A DNA stretch of 64,000 nucleotides, taken from Haliotis rubra. Its lineage: Eukaryota. The notes beneath the pieces were generated by a model. The model was not told the origin of the DNA. It searched no databases and saw only the letters and a program-made list of their open reading frames with translations. The DNA is taken from assembly GCF_003918875.1 (NCBI RefSeq), contig NW_025765092.1:1860001-1924000 (forward strand). The letters run 5' to 3'. Positions 13,414 to 26,005 of this stretch are shown piece after piece. Positions within the stretch are counted from its first letter, which is position 1. Each line of letters opens with the position of its first letter. The translations under genes and the position numbers were made by a program.

Positions 13414-13654
13414 GGTGAGTGAGTTTAGTTTTACGCCGCACTCAGCAATATTCCAGTTATATGGCGGCGGTCTGTAAATAATCGAGTCTGGTCCAGACAA
13501 CCCAGTGATCAACAGCATGAGCATCGATCTGCGCAAATGGGATACGAAGACATGTGTCATCCAAGTCAACGAGCCTGACCACCTGATCCCGTTAGTCACC
13601 TCTTACGACAAGTATGGTTGCTGAAGATCAATTCTAACCCGGACCTTCACTGGT
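13414..13654 (-). mobile_element. Family A retroposon, full length, 12-bp TSD
   Basis: TSD TGCAGGTGTCAG at 13402-13413 and 13655-13666. Confidence 0.92.
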
Positions 13655-14574
13655 TGCAGGTGTCAGATTTTCACCGGCTTGGTAAACCCACGAGTGCTCT
13701 CAAAACGAGAAACATCGGATCGAAACGGGATTCAAACCCGCAATTACACGTTTCTGGCGTATCTAAGGGACGTAACTCTGCACTGCATACTGCTGTGCCT
13801 AAGACGAATGAACCACGGGTGCCTATAAAGGCCTTGGGTGTTTAGTCACAATTGAAATTACATCACATCAATGTAAATGTAATGACCATTTTGATATTAT
13901 TCATATCTACTTTCGCCTGTTCGATCCACAATACGTACGTCAAAAATGTGCAATTCGTTCGAAAAATTTGTATTTGTCAGTGCTGTTTTTCTTCCCAGGG
14001 CAATGCGGACTCATACGTCTGGTAAATATGGGTTAGTATGGTCTTACTCCATTTTTGAAAATATTCCAGACAATACACTGCGGTGGACACCAGACATTGC
14101 ATCCAGGCGCGGAATCAAACCTCGGCGTCACCGCGAAAATAACTACACTGTATTAAGTCTGTATGGCCAGAGGGATCACTTCAACTTCCCAGTTGTCCAG
14201 TAGCTCCAGTCCTTTAGCGGCTACACGTCAGACATTTTGAGAAACGATCGTGCATGCACTATTTCCGTCGTGTTTGAAAGAGCGTCATATGACTCGAAAT
14301 GTTGTTTGATCAGGGTTCTAACAGCCATCAATGTCACATGTGACGCATTCGAGAGGTTTCAAGGTAGAAATTGGGAATTTTCAATTCGATTGCATGATTA
14401 TAGAAATCATTTTTATTCACGATATCATAATCAAGAGATATTTAACCCACACCTTGCGAATTTTGAAGACACAGACAGCCCAATCGTCTAAACCATCCCT
14501 CATGCTTGCCAGTCACCAGTTATCAATAGTTCGAATACCATATTCCCCTAGCACCCCGGTTATAGAGTATAATT

Positions 14575-14639
14575 GACACGGACACGGACACGGACACGGA
14601 CACGGACACGGACACGGACACGGACACACACACGGACAC

Positions 14640-14674
<35 letters not shown>

Positions 14675-14700
14675 TATATATATGTATATGCACACACATA
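14575..14700. repeat. (GGACAC)n + (CA)n compound microsatellite
   Basis: Read directly from sequence. Confidence 0.95.
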
Positions 14701-14789
14701 TACCTTGTTTCATTTTTAGTTACTTATTTAAAGATTTCTTTATGACAGATGGATGATGTACAGGTAGTACGTCAATATCATGTTAATAC

Positions 14790-16600
14790 ACATATATAAG
14801 TCTATAAAAGAGAAATATGGCCTCAGGTAAATATGATACATTTTAAATTCATCAAAGTACTGGGAAGAGAAGACCCCATTTGTGATTGAAATGTTCTATT
14901 TTATTATTTCTTTTGCTTATATGGTTTTCCACAAAGAATATTTCTTTCAAAGTTTTTATAAATAGAGTTATGTTTGGATGCATATTCTTAATACAGCATA
15001 CGTAAATGTGTTTTTTTGCTGCAATGATGATGTGATTTAGTAATATATTATGGTGTAGAGTACCAAACCAAACCACATGTTTTGATAATAGCAATGTATG
15101 AGGGTATAAATTGTTAAACAAAATTTGTAGGTTTTTCCAAAAAGTTTGTGTCTTCTGACATTCCCAGTACACATGACAAACACTCTCATTTAGATCATTG
15201 CAGAAACAACATAGACTATATCAACTTTTTTCATTTTAAGCAATTCTCTTTTTGTAAAAATAACACCTTGTAGAAATCTATATTGAAAATATAGAAGTTT
15301 TCTGTCTTGCAATCCTTTTCTGTATACTTAAAGGTCACATGCAACCAAAAAATCAAACATAATTAAAACACAATTATCACTTCTTCATGACATATAATAT
15401 GCATTGTTGATTATGAAAAAACGAATAAACAAAATTATAAGCGTATAATCGCAAATCAAAAGTGCAATATTTTGTACTTGGGTTTACCTCCCTCGAAACG
15501 AAGCAGCCGGGATACCGAACCCAGTCAGAGCGGATGGGTGTGCACTCACGTGTAACGGCTGGTTCATTAGCAGATGCCGCCTTCACGGCTAATTGTGTGT
15601 GTATATATATAGAAAGTTGGGTTTTGTAAATACATGCTCATTTTTGGTGTATAACATTTTGCAATCAACAGACATCATAACATGTCATGTGTTCAGGTAT
15701 CACACCTGCCTGTCTGTGTAATTACATAATGTGACAGAGACCGAACTCGGGCCATAAATCAATGCGTTTTGTTTATGGTGTATAGCCAGATTGGTGTTAA
15801 GTTCAAATTGCATGTGGTCAGTGATCGCAGTTGTGTATTGAATATTGTCATTAGCAGACAGGCAGGCAGACACACTGGTGTCAATAAAACAAGACATTGA
15901 GTTTTGTCTGTGACAACGACATATCTATATCACAGTTAGAAATTGTGTCAACTCTAAATAATGACATTGCTTTTAAGTATCGAACTGAGAAAGTGTCTCG
16001 GTAAGAAGAACGTGTGGTGAAATAGACAAATGAAATTGTATAAACAGTTTATTTACTGTCATAACATATAAAAAGCTCGCGCCTGTGAGATATCAACAAA
16101 ATATTATGAAAAAAGCTCACACCAAAGCCTTCACCGAGTATTCACCAGACAACCCGCTTCCAAGTTGCGCGAACCTATTTCACTGCGCACGTGCTATGAG
16201 TGCAGCCCAGCTGTTGAAACCCGTATTCCCCAGAAAAGTCTGGGGAAAATTAGTGAAACGTTTGAACTCCGATTTCGCGCGTTTTTTTTCATCGCGTTAT
16301 TTTTCAACTTTATAAGTTGAATTTGCATTTTTGACGATTTGTTTCGGTAAGTCCATACCGAAAGGTATCAGAATCTGCAAAGTTGTGTTTTACGTTGCAT
16401 GTGACCTTTAATATATTTTTCCAATCAAAGTCTATTTCAGGAAATAGCAGTTTTCTTTTTTGTGTTGTCATTACATCTCTAGGTATGATTCAAGTTCAGT
16501 GATCTGTACGTTATCTGGAAAAATTTAAAGGTGTATGAAAACCGCCAAACACTGGACTCATTTAGACTGTGATAACATGGTATATTCCATGAGTGGATAG
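14790..16600 (-). pseudogene. L1/Tx1-clade LINE ORF2 3' remnant (zf-RVT region), split by an insertion at 15332-16407
   Basis: Minus-strand translation DFDWKNI.. KLLYFQYRFLQ.. SLCCFCNDLNESVCHVYWECQKTQTFWK.. LLNHIIIAAKKHIY.. KWG, the CxxC-H-C knuckle typical of L1/Tx1 C-termini; frameshifted. Confidence 0.8.
15332..16407. mobile_element. Non-autonomous Kolobok-like DNA transposon, 14-bp TIR, TTAA TSD
   Basis: TTAA|AGGTCACATGCAAC ... GTTGCATGTGACCT|TTAA; purine (AGG) termini with TTAA fit Kolobok rather than piggyBac (CCC termini). Confidence 0.85.
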
Positions 16601-16895
16601 GTTTTTGTGTTCTAAATTAGGCTATAAAGCATCCGATATACATTAGCATAATACAGCCGAACCGACTTGGTTTAAATCTCTATGGCATTACTTAGGTGTG
16701 TCATATTTCATTATATGACAGTTGTACAACAAGTAAGGAAGAAAGAGGATGGTAGTGCGATGTTCTTTGCTATGCAAAGACTGAATAATCCAGTCTGGAC
16801 CAGATCATCAAGTGATTATCAGCACCCCCCAGTGGACGCCAAGGTATGATAACGAACAATTAAGCAAGTCATCGAGTCTGACTACCAGATCCATA

Positions 16896-17058
16896 GGGGC
16901 GGTGGGGTAGTCTAGTGGTTAAAGCGTTAAAGCCGAAGACCCGGGTTCGAATCCCCACATGGGTACAATGAGTGAAGCCCATTTCTGGTGTCCCCCGCCG
17001 TGATATTGCTGGAATATTGCTAAAAGCGGCGTAAAACCAAACTCAGTCAGTCAGTCAG
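16896..17058 (+). mobile_element. Family B SINE with TSD, inserted in a decayed family A copy (~16780-16890)
   Basis: Direct repeat CCAGATCCATAGG at 16885-16897 and 17059-17071; A box GGTAGTCTAGTGG, B box GGTTCGAATCC. Confidence 0.9.
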
Positions 17059-18076
17059 CCAGATCCATAGGACGGCAATAAAAGGTTCCCGATAACAATC
17101 GTAACCACAAGATTCGGCTATTTCAAATCGTTGGGCCAATAAAACAGGTTTTGACCTGAGTTACAGAGATGATACATAATCCGTGGTCCACATAGGGACA
17201 ACTGTATGAATCAGATCGTTGTGACACAGGCATCAACAAACTGTTCTTCAACTGTTATCATAGTCAACGCACTCAGCCCCATTGACATCTGCTGGCCGAT
17301 GTTCAAGTATGGCACCCTACAAACCTAGATACCCCTTCAATATTGACGCTGGGTAGATATACAGTAGAAAAGGAAGAGAAATCAACCCCACCCTTCAGAG
17401 GGTTACTGTAAGATGGATGACAGTCCACTTGATATTTGAACACATGGGATTATGCAAATAAAGACAAGTACAAGTACAAACAAATACCCGCCTCCTGGGA
17501 ATGAAAACTATGCCCCCTTCCCCCGCCTGAAACACACACACGCCTCAACACAAAACAAAACAAAACTATATAACAAAAACAAAAAATATAAATAAATAAA
17601 CACGGAAGGACAGAAACAAACAGAACAAAAAAGAAAGATGTAATTTAAACAAAAGAAAATCTGCACCCGTTTTGTCTCAGATATCCTTTCGGTCGTTTGA
17701 TGTGATTTCGTGATGAGTAACAAAATATGCCATTGTTGAATAGAACAGCGTCTTCCATGAACTTTAAGCGTCAGATGTGTGCCCAGGCATATTCATACTA
17801 TTTATGAGTAAGAGATTGACTTGACTCTAATGCTGCTTTGACAAGACTACATTGACACCCGATGGCATCTATGGTGTTACCACCTAAGTGAAGTTGTTAA
17901 TCCATAAATATTGTTCCTCTTCATCATACCAGCTGCTCAATGCCACCTACAGAAAGCATCTTGGTGAAATCAAAACGAGAACTGATGAGTGTCAAAATCT
18001 GCAGGACACCTGAAACCGAGCAACAATCACAAGATTCTGTGACGCCTAAGGGACGTAACTCTACTCATAAACGTGA

Positions 18077-18210
18077 GGGCGGTGGGGTAGCCTAGTGGTT
18101 AAAGCGTTTGCTCGTCACGCGTGGTTCGATCCCCCACATGGATACAATGTGTGAAGCCCATTTCTGGTGTGATGTTGCTGGAATATTGCTAAAAGCCGCG
18201 AATAACTCAA
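18077..18210 (+). mobile_element. Family B SINE, internally deleted
   Basis: GGGCGGTGGGGTAGCCTAGTGGTTAAAGCG...GGTTCGATCCCC...GCTGGAATATTGCTAAAAGC. Confidence 0.85.
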
Positions 18211-18439
18211 TCATAAAAGTGAAAAGCAGTGGACTTGGCCCGCCGCCATTGTCATACTGCTCATTGAGTGACACACTGCACTTGGACAAACCGGCAACGT
18301 TTTTTCAACGCAACACGTGAGCGGCTGATCACTCGTACAGATAGAATGTGTCAGACAGATGCACCGGTGTTTATGATAAAAGGGACAGTGGCCTTTATCT
18401 ATGTGTGTACACACGTGAATATTATGCTATTAATACCCA

Positions 18440-19150
18440 TAGCCTTTAAACGTTACCAGGATAACAACGGTGTTACGCGCTCATTATCAGACATTTTGAA
18501 CTGGCATTTGGTCGGCCATTGTGTTCCCAGTTTGAAATCAGTCATGGAAAAGTCATAGTTAACAGTAAACAAAGGAATTGCTTTCAAACTTCTGTGGAAT
18601 AGGCCCATATACAGCCTGTGAAGAATTCCTGCTAACAAACCTGATCTTGTCCTTTTTGATAAAAGCCAATGAATTTATTTATATCATTGAATTTTCTGTT
18701 CCTTTTGACAGCAACGTGCTTGGCAAGATTCAGGAAACACATATGTTAAATATGCGGACCTTGCCTTTGAAATGTCTCGCTTGCATCCCAAGTACACTGT
18801 CGTCAGACTCCATTGCTCTCGGTGCCCTTGGTTTAGTACCTCCTGATCTCTTGGAGCAGATCAGGAGCGTGCCCGGGTTCCCCACCATGAGTACAGCCCT
18901 TCTGACACTCTGGGTAATGCAGAAGGGCTGCAGTGTTGGGGAGTCTACATATTCTCCGGAAAGTTCTTGGTAGGTTCGACTAGGCAGCGTTTCCTGGGAG
19001 AAGTTCCATTCGCTGTCTGGGCTGCGTGTAGAGGGGGCAAGGGCCCTGAGCTGATATGATGAGCCTTACCAGCCTGACTGTGCCAGGATCGCCCGAACCC
19101 TCTCTGCTGCATTTTCATCTTAATCTGGTAAAACAATGGAATAAATAAGA
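18440..19150 (+). pseudogene. 3' remnant of a restriction-like-endonuclease non-LTR retrotransposon (R4/Dong or NeSL-like)
   Basis: Across frameshifts: KLLWNRPIYSL*RIPANKPDLVLFDK / IYIIEFSVPFDSNVLGK / KYADLAFEMSRL / IALGALGLVP / MQK.AAVLGSLHILRKVLG, i.e. the PD-(D/E)xK RLE motifs; probable 3' UTR ends in AATAAATAA. Confidence 0.8.
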
Positions 19151-19380
19151 TATTTAGTGTTCTGTTGAAATCGTTAATATCTGTTGTGTGTAGAATATTC
19201 CGTTTTGATTGGCATCATATGTTTCCATTTCAGGAGAACAAAAAAAAACTTGGCTTTGCGTGTGTTTGTGATGGGTATCACCAGCTGGGTAGGATACGCG
19301 CAACATTTCACGAACACGTGGTGCCATGACTAACTGATAGTGATTCAGGAACACGTGATCATGACAGCAAAATCGATTAC

Positions 19381-20431
19381 TATAGTACTGTCGGAAATAG
19401 AAAAAAACCCTGTTTTTAGGCTGTTAGTCTGTATCCCTAAAATTGACACAATTGCAAATAGCATATGTCGAAATAACCCACTTCGGCCTAACTGGGCGTT
19501 CAGTGGGATGCGTAATACGATATCCAGAAAAGCATGTTTACTCGTAAAATCGGGCAAAACTTAGAAAAAAATACGAATAGCTGCTGAAAACAATAGATCA
19601 GACTATAGATGGCAATTAGGTCGCTCAGCCAGGTATGACGACGGACCGTCGACTCACCTGGCATGAAATGCACGTGCTGCCTACAGGCACAAGGGGTCAT
19701 CTCAAAGATATTTTGTGCTTTTTCATGTGTGTTGACTATGTCTCATCTACTGATTAACATCTTACGTGTCTTTCTTTCATAAAGTTTATGTTGAGATATG
19801 TAAGAGAGTATGATACCCGAAAACCATAGAAACGCATCGTAGTATATAGGTGGCATGACCACCCCAAGATCGACAGGACTGGATATTATTTGTAAATTGT
19901 TATGACGTGCCGTGTACCTCCCCAGTATAATTGCCCTAAAGGATTATCTTATCTTAGCTGATATCTCTATCCCCAAGCCCGACCCCAGGTTTTGCTTTTG
20001 AGGCGACCCCTCCTATCTGTTTCTTTTTATAGTGACAGTGAGACTGCATGGTAGCTACATCCTTAATAGTTTCGGCATAAAAGTTATTATTTTTTACGTC
20101 AGCTATCGTTTATAATGAATCTACGTCTAATTTCAAATTGGGCATTTAAAAAGTGTCCTTTGTAATACAATATCGTCGCACACTAATTTGCATAAAGCCA
20201 TGGTCTGTTCCAAATAAGTCTTTTTGGACTTAGAAAAAACCGCATTGCTCATTTCTGCACTAATTTCCCCTCAGTAAAGTCCTTTTTCTCCGTTTCCTAT
20301 CTCTCTACCACTGAGACTGTAGTTAGGCCGAACTTAGTTTAACAGATATTTCACACTTTCACATATCAACTACATAAATTGTAGAGATAAATGAGAAAAT
20401 ACAGTTTTTTTCTATTTCCGACAGTACTATA
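19381..20431. mobile_element. Non-autonomous TIR DNA transposon, ~1.05 kb, TA-flanked
   Basis: TATAGTACTGTCGGAAATAGAAAAAAAC at 19381 and its reverse complement ending at 20431. Confidence 0.8.
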
Positions 20432-21176
20432 ATGGCAAACGCAAAAGGGTATATAATAAAGATGTACGCAATAACACAGCTCTTGCCTTTATATAACACA
20501 CGCATTCCCAGCCCCTCCTCAAAATTGTAGTGTACATAATACAAAGGATAATGCATGGTTATGCATGGAAACCTGCAGACATGAAAAGAATCATGCCTTT
20601 GTGCTTGTAAATATAGAACGTCGGTGCAAAGAAACGTATTACGCAGCACTGACTAATAAACCGACGTACAAGAGAAAGTACACACCTGATGCTTTGGTAA
20701 AATGTTTTCCTGAGAACAGCGTAATATTTAGAAAAGTGTTTTGATTGCGACTCAGAAGTCACAAACATTGTGTACGTGTTGCAATAACACCATACATACC
20801 GTACCCAACTGGAACATTGCTAGCAAAATATTTACGTTGTTTTAATAGTCTCAAAACACCAGTGTGTACTTTCTTTTGTACATCAGTATAAATACGGACT
20901 TTGTCTTGTGCACGCGTCTATGGACACCTAACCTTTCAAATAATCTACAATGTCCAATAAATGCATGCAAGTTAATATGTTCCCATTACACGATAATAAA
21001 CCATATGTTTTCATTTGTATAGCCATGTATATAAATGGTTGGACGTGTCCATGCTCAAGGTAGACATGTTATTACCACAACACTGTCGCCCCATGGCGAT
21101 ATCTGACATTTAATATGTTCAAAGATACAGTCCATGTAGATAATATTTACATGTATCCGCTTGCTCCATATCAACT

Positions 21177-21247
21177 TGAAGCCCATTTCTGGTGTACCCC
21201 GCCGTGATGTTGCTGGAATATTGCTAAAAACTCAGTCAGTCAGTCAG
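21177..21247 (+). mobile_element. 5'-truncated family B SINE with TSD
   Basis: TSD TCCATATCAACT on both sides; contains only the body and tail. Confidence 0.8.
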
Positions 21248-21833
21248 TCCATATCAACTCCAGTCTGATTAGAAATTGTTTGTATGTACAATCAGATAAC
21301 CCACTGTACATGAACATGCAAGGTTATTTACAAACTTCTCGTGTTTACAAACAGTGACCTAGTGTGTGATAATGTAGGTCAAAACCTTGGGTTCAAAGCT
21401 GATGCAATGTTTTCCTTCGAAATGTCGCGGGACCAGATTTGAAAGTACAGATGACTTACATCATCCTTTTCGACTTCCATTACGTTAAAAGTCCGTTTTT
21501 AAATAAATAAATGTCAAAATTTGAAAAAAGGAAATGTCAATTTCAGGTATTGGTGGCCATGCTAGGGGGAAATGACGACTAAACGCTACAGTGTGGGCGG
21601 CAACACAGACTCAATGTCTACTTTGAAGAATCATAATTACAACTAAGGTGACATTTTGCTGATTGGATTTTTAACATCATTTCGGAAATTTATCACAACG
21701 ACAAACAATGAGTAAAGGCATTTATCATAATCTAGTGATTGTTTTTGTTTTCACGGATGAGCTTGAATATTTTTATATCGTGAATGCTTGAATGAAGGTA
21801 ATTCAATATCATAAATACTTATCACATTCCAGT

Positions 21834-22080
21834 GAGTGAGCGAGTGAGTTTAGTTTTACGCCGCACTCAGCAATATTCCAGCTATATGGCGGCTGTCTGT
21901 AAATAATCGAGTCTGGACCAGACAATCCAGTGATCAACAGCATGAGCATCGCTCTGCGCAATTGGGAACCGATGACATGTGTCAACCAAGTCAGCGAGCC
22001 TGACCACCCGATCCCGTTAGTCGCCTCTTACGACAAGCATGGGTTACTGAAGGTTAATTCTAACCCGGACCTTCACGGGT
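21834..22080 (-). mobile_element. Family A retroposon, full length, 12-bp TSD
   Basis: TSD TCACATTCCAGT at 21822-21833 and 22081-22092. Confidence 0.93.
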
Positions 22081-23254
22081 TCACATTCCAGTATCAGGTT
22101 GAACAATACATATTGCCTGAAAACTACATCAATGCAATTTATCTCGAATCGTCGCTGTTGTAGGAGTGAGTGAGTGAGTGAATATGGTTTTACGCCGCTT
22201 TTAGCAATATTCCAGCACTATCACAGCACTGGACACCAGGTCTACTTTATCGTCCGTCAACTTGTAAGAAATGCTTGTCAAACAAAAATGAACACAGCAA
22301 ATGATTAATATTCAAGAACAGAAAATGGCATAACTTCACATAAAGTATAAGGACTCATTTTATCAATGTAGTTAAATACGAGGCAGTTTTGTATCAGTTA
22401 TCAACCATGAAAGAACTGAAATATGATATTTTAAATTCACCGATTGTTTTGCTATATATCTGTTGAAAGTAATAATTAAAAATAAGGCCACTTAGATAGC
22501 GCTGAACTGAACAGACATGCCCTAAGTGCATACAACATGGTGGACATTATAACCCGGGATGATCCAAGCTGTCTGTAATAAGGAACGGTGTGGTTTTGAA
22601 CATAGGAACGTATGAAGGGCTCTCTTTATTTTTAGCCATTCAGAACTGGACGCGGTTATGTAGGTCAGTGGGAACGCTGACGCAATGTAAACACTCCGAG
22701 AGGCGAACATTAATTTAAACTGTATAGAAACCAAGATCCCCACTGTTTACTACCACAGACGTCCTTGACCCTGAAACATACATTACACATGTGAGGCGGT
22801 TCACTTTCACCTTGAGGAAAATGCGCATTTTCTTTAAAGGAACTCGTTTTGGGTTAATTTCTTAGAAATGTGTCAAAAAGAAGAAGGAAAAGAGTTTGAA
22901 CTTTTTATATATGTAATTTAATAATCTGACGATATGGAAAGTATATGAACAGTACATGGTTTTGTAAACAATGAATACTTTGCCATCTCGAACGGATATT
23001 TGTAAATGGATCTGTAAATTAAATATTTACTTAAAAAACACAAAGTTTGATATCAAAATATATCACCAAATAAAGGACTTGTATTCATATGATGGTTTTA
23101 AAGCTAGAATTTCTAAAATCACATACACAAAAAAGCAAAAACATGCAAACGGTTTGACAATGTTTTTCCCATTTGCACGCATGATAGAAATGTAAATTAC
23201 GAAATTCGATATGTTATTGAAAGGAAATGGCAAATGTAATTTTATCATGATTGA

Positions 23255-23680
23255 TGAGTGAGGTTAAGTGAAATCGGTTTAACGTTGTGTTCAAACTTAT
23301 TGCACTTAGAGAAGCGTCTGTTTGTACAAGCCCAGACTAACTAATGCCATTCTCCTGGTGCTAGTGTATCTTGCCGCAGTTGAACCTGGAAATCCCTCTC
23401 AGACACAGTATGCTGGCTCCGAACCGAATTGTCCTTGTTTCATTAGCTAAGGACCTGTGAAGATCCAGATTAGAATTGGTCTTCAGTAACCCATGCTTGT
23501 TAAGAGGCGACTAACAGGATCAGGTTGTCAGGCTCGCTGACACAGGTCATCGTATCTCGTTTACGTAGATCGATGCTCATGATATTGGTCACTGGATTGT
23601 CTGGTCCAGTCTCGATTACATAAATACCGCCGCCATACCGTAGCTGTAATACTGCTGAGTGCTGCGTTAAACGACACACA
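23255..23680. mobile_element. Decayed family C fragment (-) followed by a family A copy (+, from 23453)
   Basis: TTGTACAAGCCCAGACT...GCTCCGAACC resembles family C; ACCTGTGAAGATCCAGATTAGAATTGGTCTTCAG starts family A. Confidence 0.7.
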
Positions 23681-24039
23681 AAACCAGAAAATCATATTCT
23701 AAGTACAGAACTGCAGACAAAGAAAAGGAAAGTGGCTTATTTTAACGTCTTTTCGTATGGATTTCATGAAAATGAGAGAAAACCTATAATTAATAGATAT
23801 TTTTACACTAAATCAAACTTAGCTAAAATGAATTTACTTTTAATAGTCGTAAACTAGAAAATCTACAAAACTTAACCAAAATGTGTAAAACCGTTATGTT
23901 ACCATCTAACACAAACAGCACGTTTCACAAATAGTGTACTCTGGAATCTGTCCTCACTGCTTGGTGAAGCTTTTGATGCATATTGAATACCTGTGTATGA
24001 AGATGAATATAATGAAGTAACTGTTGTACCTCTAATGCT

Positions 24040-24485
24040 GCTGATAGCTATGTGGCGGCGGCCTGAAATAATCGAGTCTGGACCAGACAATCCAGTGATC
24101 AACAGCATGAGCATCAATCTATGCAACTGGGATACGATGACATGTGTCAACCAGAGACTTCCAATCATTTTCATATAATACAGGTGTAACTAAAGTCAAC
24201 ACCGACTTTACTTTTTAAGATTGTACTAAAACATTTATAGTTTATGGTTTGGTTGTTGTGATCAGCAACATTATCATCGATCTACGCAATCGGGACACGA
24301 TGACACGATGTCAACCAAGTCCGCGAAACTGACCACCCGATCCCGTTAGTCGCCACTTTACGACAGGCATGTGTTGCTGAAGGTCTATATAGTATAGACA
24401 CAGCAATACCTATCAGTACTGTATAGTCTGCGAGGATCTATGCGTTAGATATCCCTGCGTTATTCTAATCCGAATCTTTGCGGGT
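24040..24485 (-). mobile_element. Two family A fragments (24040-24150, 24259-24485)
   Basis: Body motifs GAGTCTGGACCAGACAATCCAGTG and GACCACCCGATCCCGTTAGTCGCC. Confidence 0.75.
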
Positions 24486-24555
24486 CCACGGATTAATATC
24501 CACGCAATGGTTACAGACGAATGTCATAGTAACGGATCAATAATCCGATCAACTA

Positions 24556-24635
24556 TACAGTGAAACCTGTCTAAACCGGCACCCCACGGGACCGAAATAA
24601 AATGCCGGTTTAGACAGGGTACCGGTTTAGACAGT
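24556..24635 (+). mobile_element. Left end of a Tc1/pogo-type MITE
   Basis: TA|CAGTGAAACCTGTCTAAACCGG followed by inverted CCGGTTTAGACAG twice; matching right end not found. Confidence 0.5.
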
Positions 24636-25758
24636 TACGATCATTTTCCAACATGGCTGCCATTTACACTCGTCATTCTCTTTATCTCTGTAACATATCG
24701 GACCGAGAGGAGTGTATTGGATTAAGGGACCTTGATTGGACTGCTCATACCCATGCCGGCTTAGAGCGTTTGATTCACCGCGCAATCACTACTTCCTGAT
24801 TATCTAGCGTGCCAAGAGGATTAATTAGTGTATTGGATGGTTTAACTGTACATTGTCCTTAACCCATATGAAGAACTAATGGTAAAAGAATACATGCACA
24901 TAAACAAATGATAGAGTAACGACAAAAGTAGACAGAAGCACAAACACATGATCGCTGCATGGAGGGTCCGAGGGTAGCCTTAATGTTATACTGCGTTTCC
25001 TCCCAACACCGAAGACCCGGGTTCAATTCCGTACAAAACACCAGTAAAACATTTTTAACATGACTTAATGTTTAAAGCATCCTAAAACCAAACTCATTCA
25101 CGTGGAAAATTAAATCGTGTATTGCTATATTAAGTAATATATCAACGCAAACGTTAACACCATTACACCCTTGGTGGGCAGGAAGGAAATTGCTCTGCCC
25201 TTGGGGTCGATAGGATATGTACATAAACTAATAAAGAAATAAGAGAAATAAAAAAGTAAGAGTCCTTTTGTCGTACCAAGATAAATGCCAAATTTATGAG
25301 CAATTGAGTCTCGTCACAAATATTGTTTCGAAAGAAAATGCCTCCTCTGTCACGTTACCGGAAATTCCGACACTTTCTGGCTCATCAATATACGCTTACC
25401 GACAGATGGTCGGAAGGTCAACTGTGACGTCAGTATAATGTCAGAAGTGACGTAAGAATGGTCATGTTGTACAAGCCTCGGGGACGTTATGCATATGGAG
25501 AGCTTTGCACCAGACACGGGAAAACATTTCCTGCGATATTTGATCGATGCTTTGAGATTATGTTTTTCTGTTGTGAAGGTATTTCCTTCAGATGACTCCC
25601 GTGACCCAAACTAGGTCATCTCAACAAAGACACTTGAAACAGTTATGGATGTTATGCAATACATTACAGCTTCAGTAATTTCAAGGCCACTACAGTCAGA
25701 CTGGATACAGGAAACAGTCAGGAAAATAAAAATCCTGATCTTGATTACAGATTATACT

Positions 25759-26005
25759 AAATGATCATTATACACATGTTTCTTTCGTTAATTACCCGTC
25801 ACCGTTTCAAAACATAACCAAGTAGGTTTCTCTTTAACCTTTCTTAGTGAAATATTCCAACAATTGTAATAAAAAGTATACATTATACCAAATGATCATT
25901 ATAAACATGTTTCTTTCGTTAATTACCCGTCACCGTTTCAAAACATAACCAAGTAGGTTTCTCTTTAACCTTTCTTAGTGAAATATTCCAACAATTGTAA
26001 TAAAA
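25759..26005. repeat. ~130-bp tandem duplication, 2 copies
   Basis: AAATGATCATTATA..CATGTTTCTTTCGTTAATTACCCG...CAATTGTAATAAAA repeated. Confidence 0.9.

Noticed and set aside
16896-16970. Functional tRNA-Asp genes
   Set aside because: Family B heads lack a proper acceptor stem and always run into the SINE body and tail with TSDs.
17982-18016. Hammerhead-like CTGATGA-GTGTC...GACAC-ctGAAAC
   Set aside because: Two extra bases before GAAA and no credible stems I/III or NUH site; single occurrence.
23453-23520. Apparent compensatory change CCTGT/ACAGG in the family A closing stem
   Set aside because: Both changes are expected CpG deamination products, so I did not count them as covariation.
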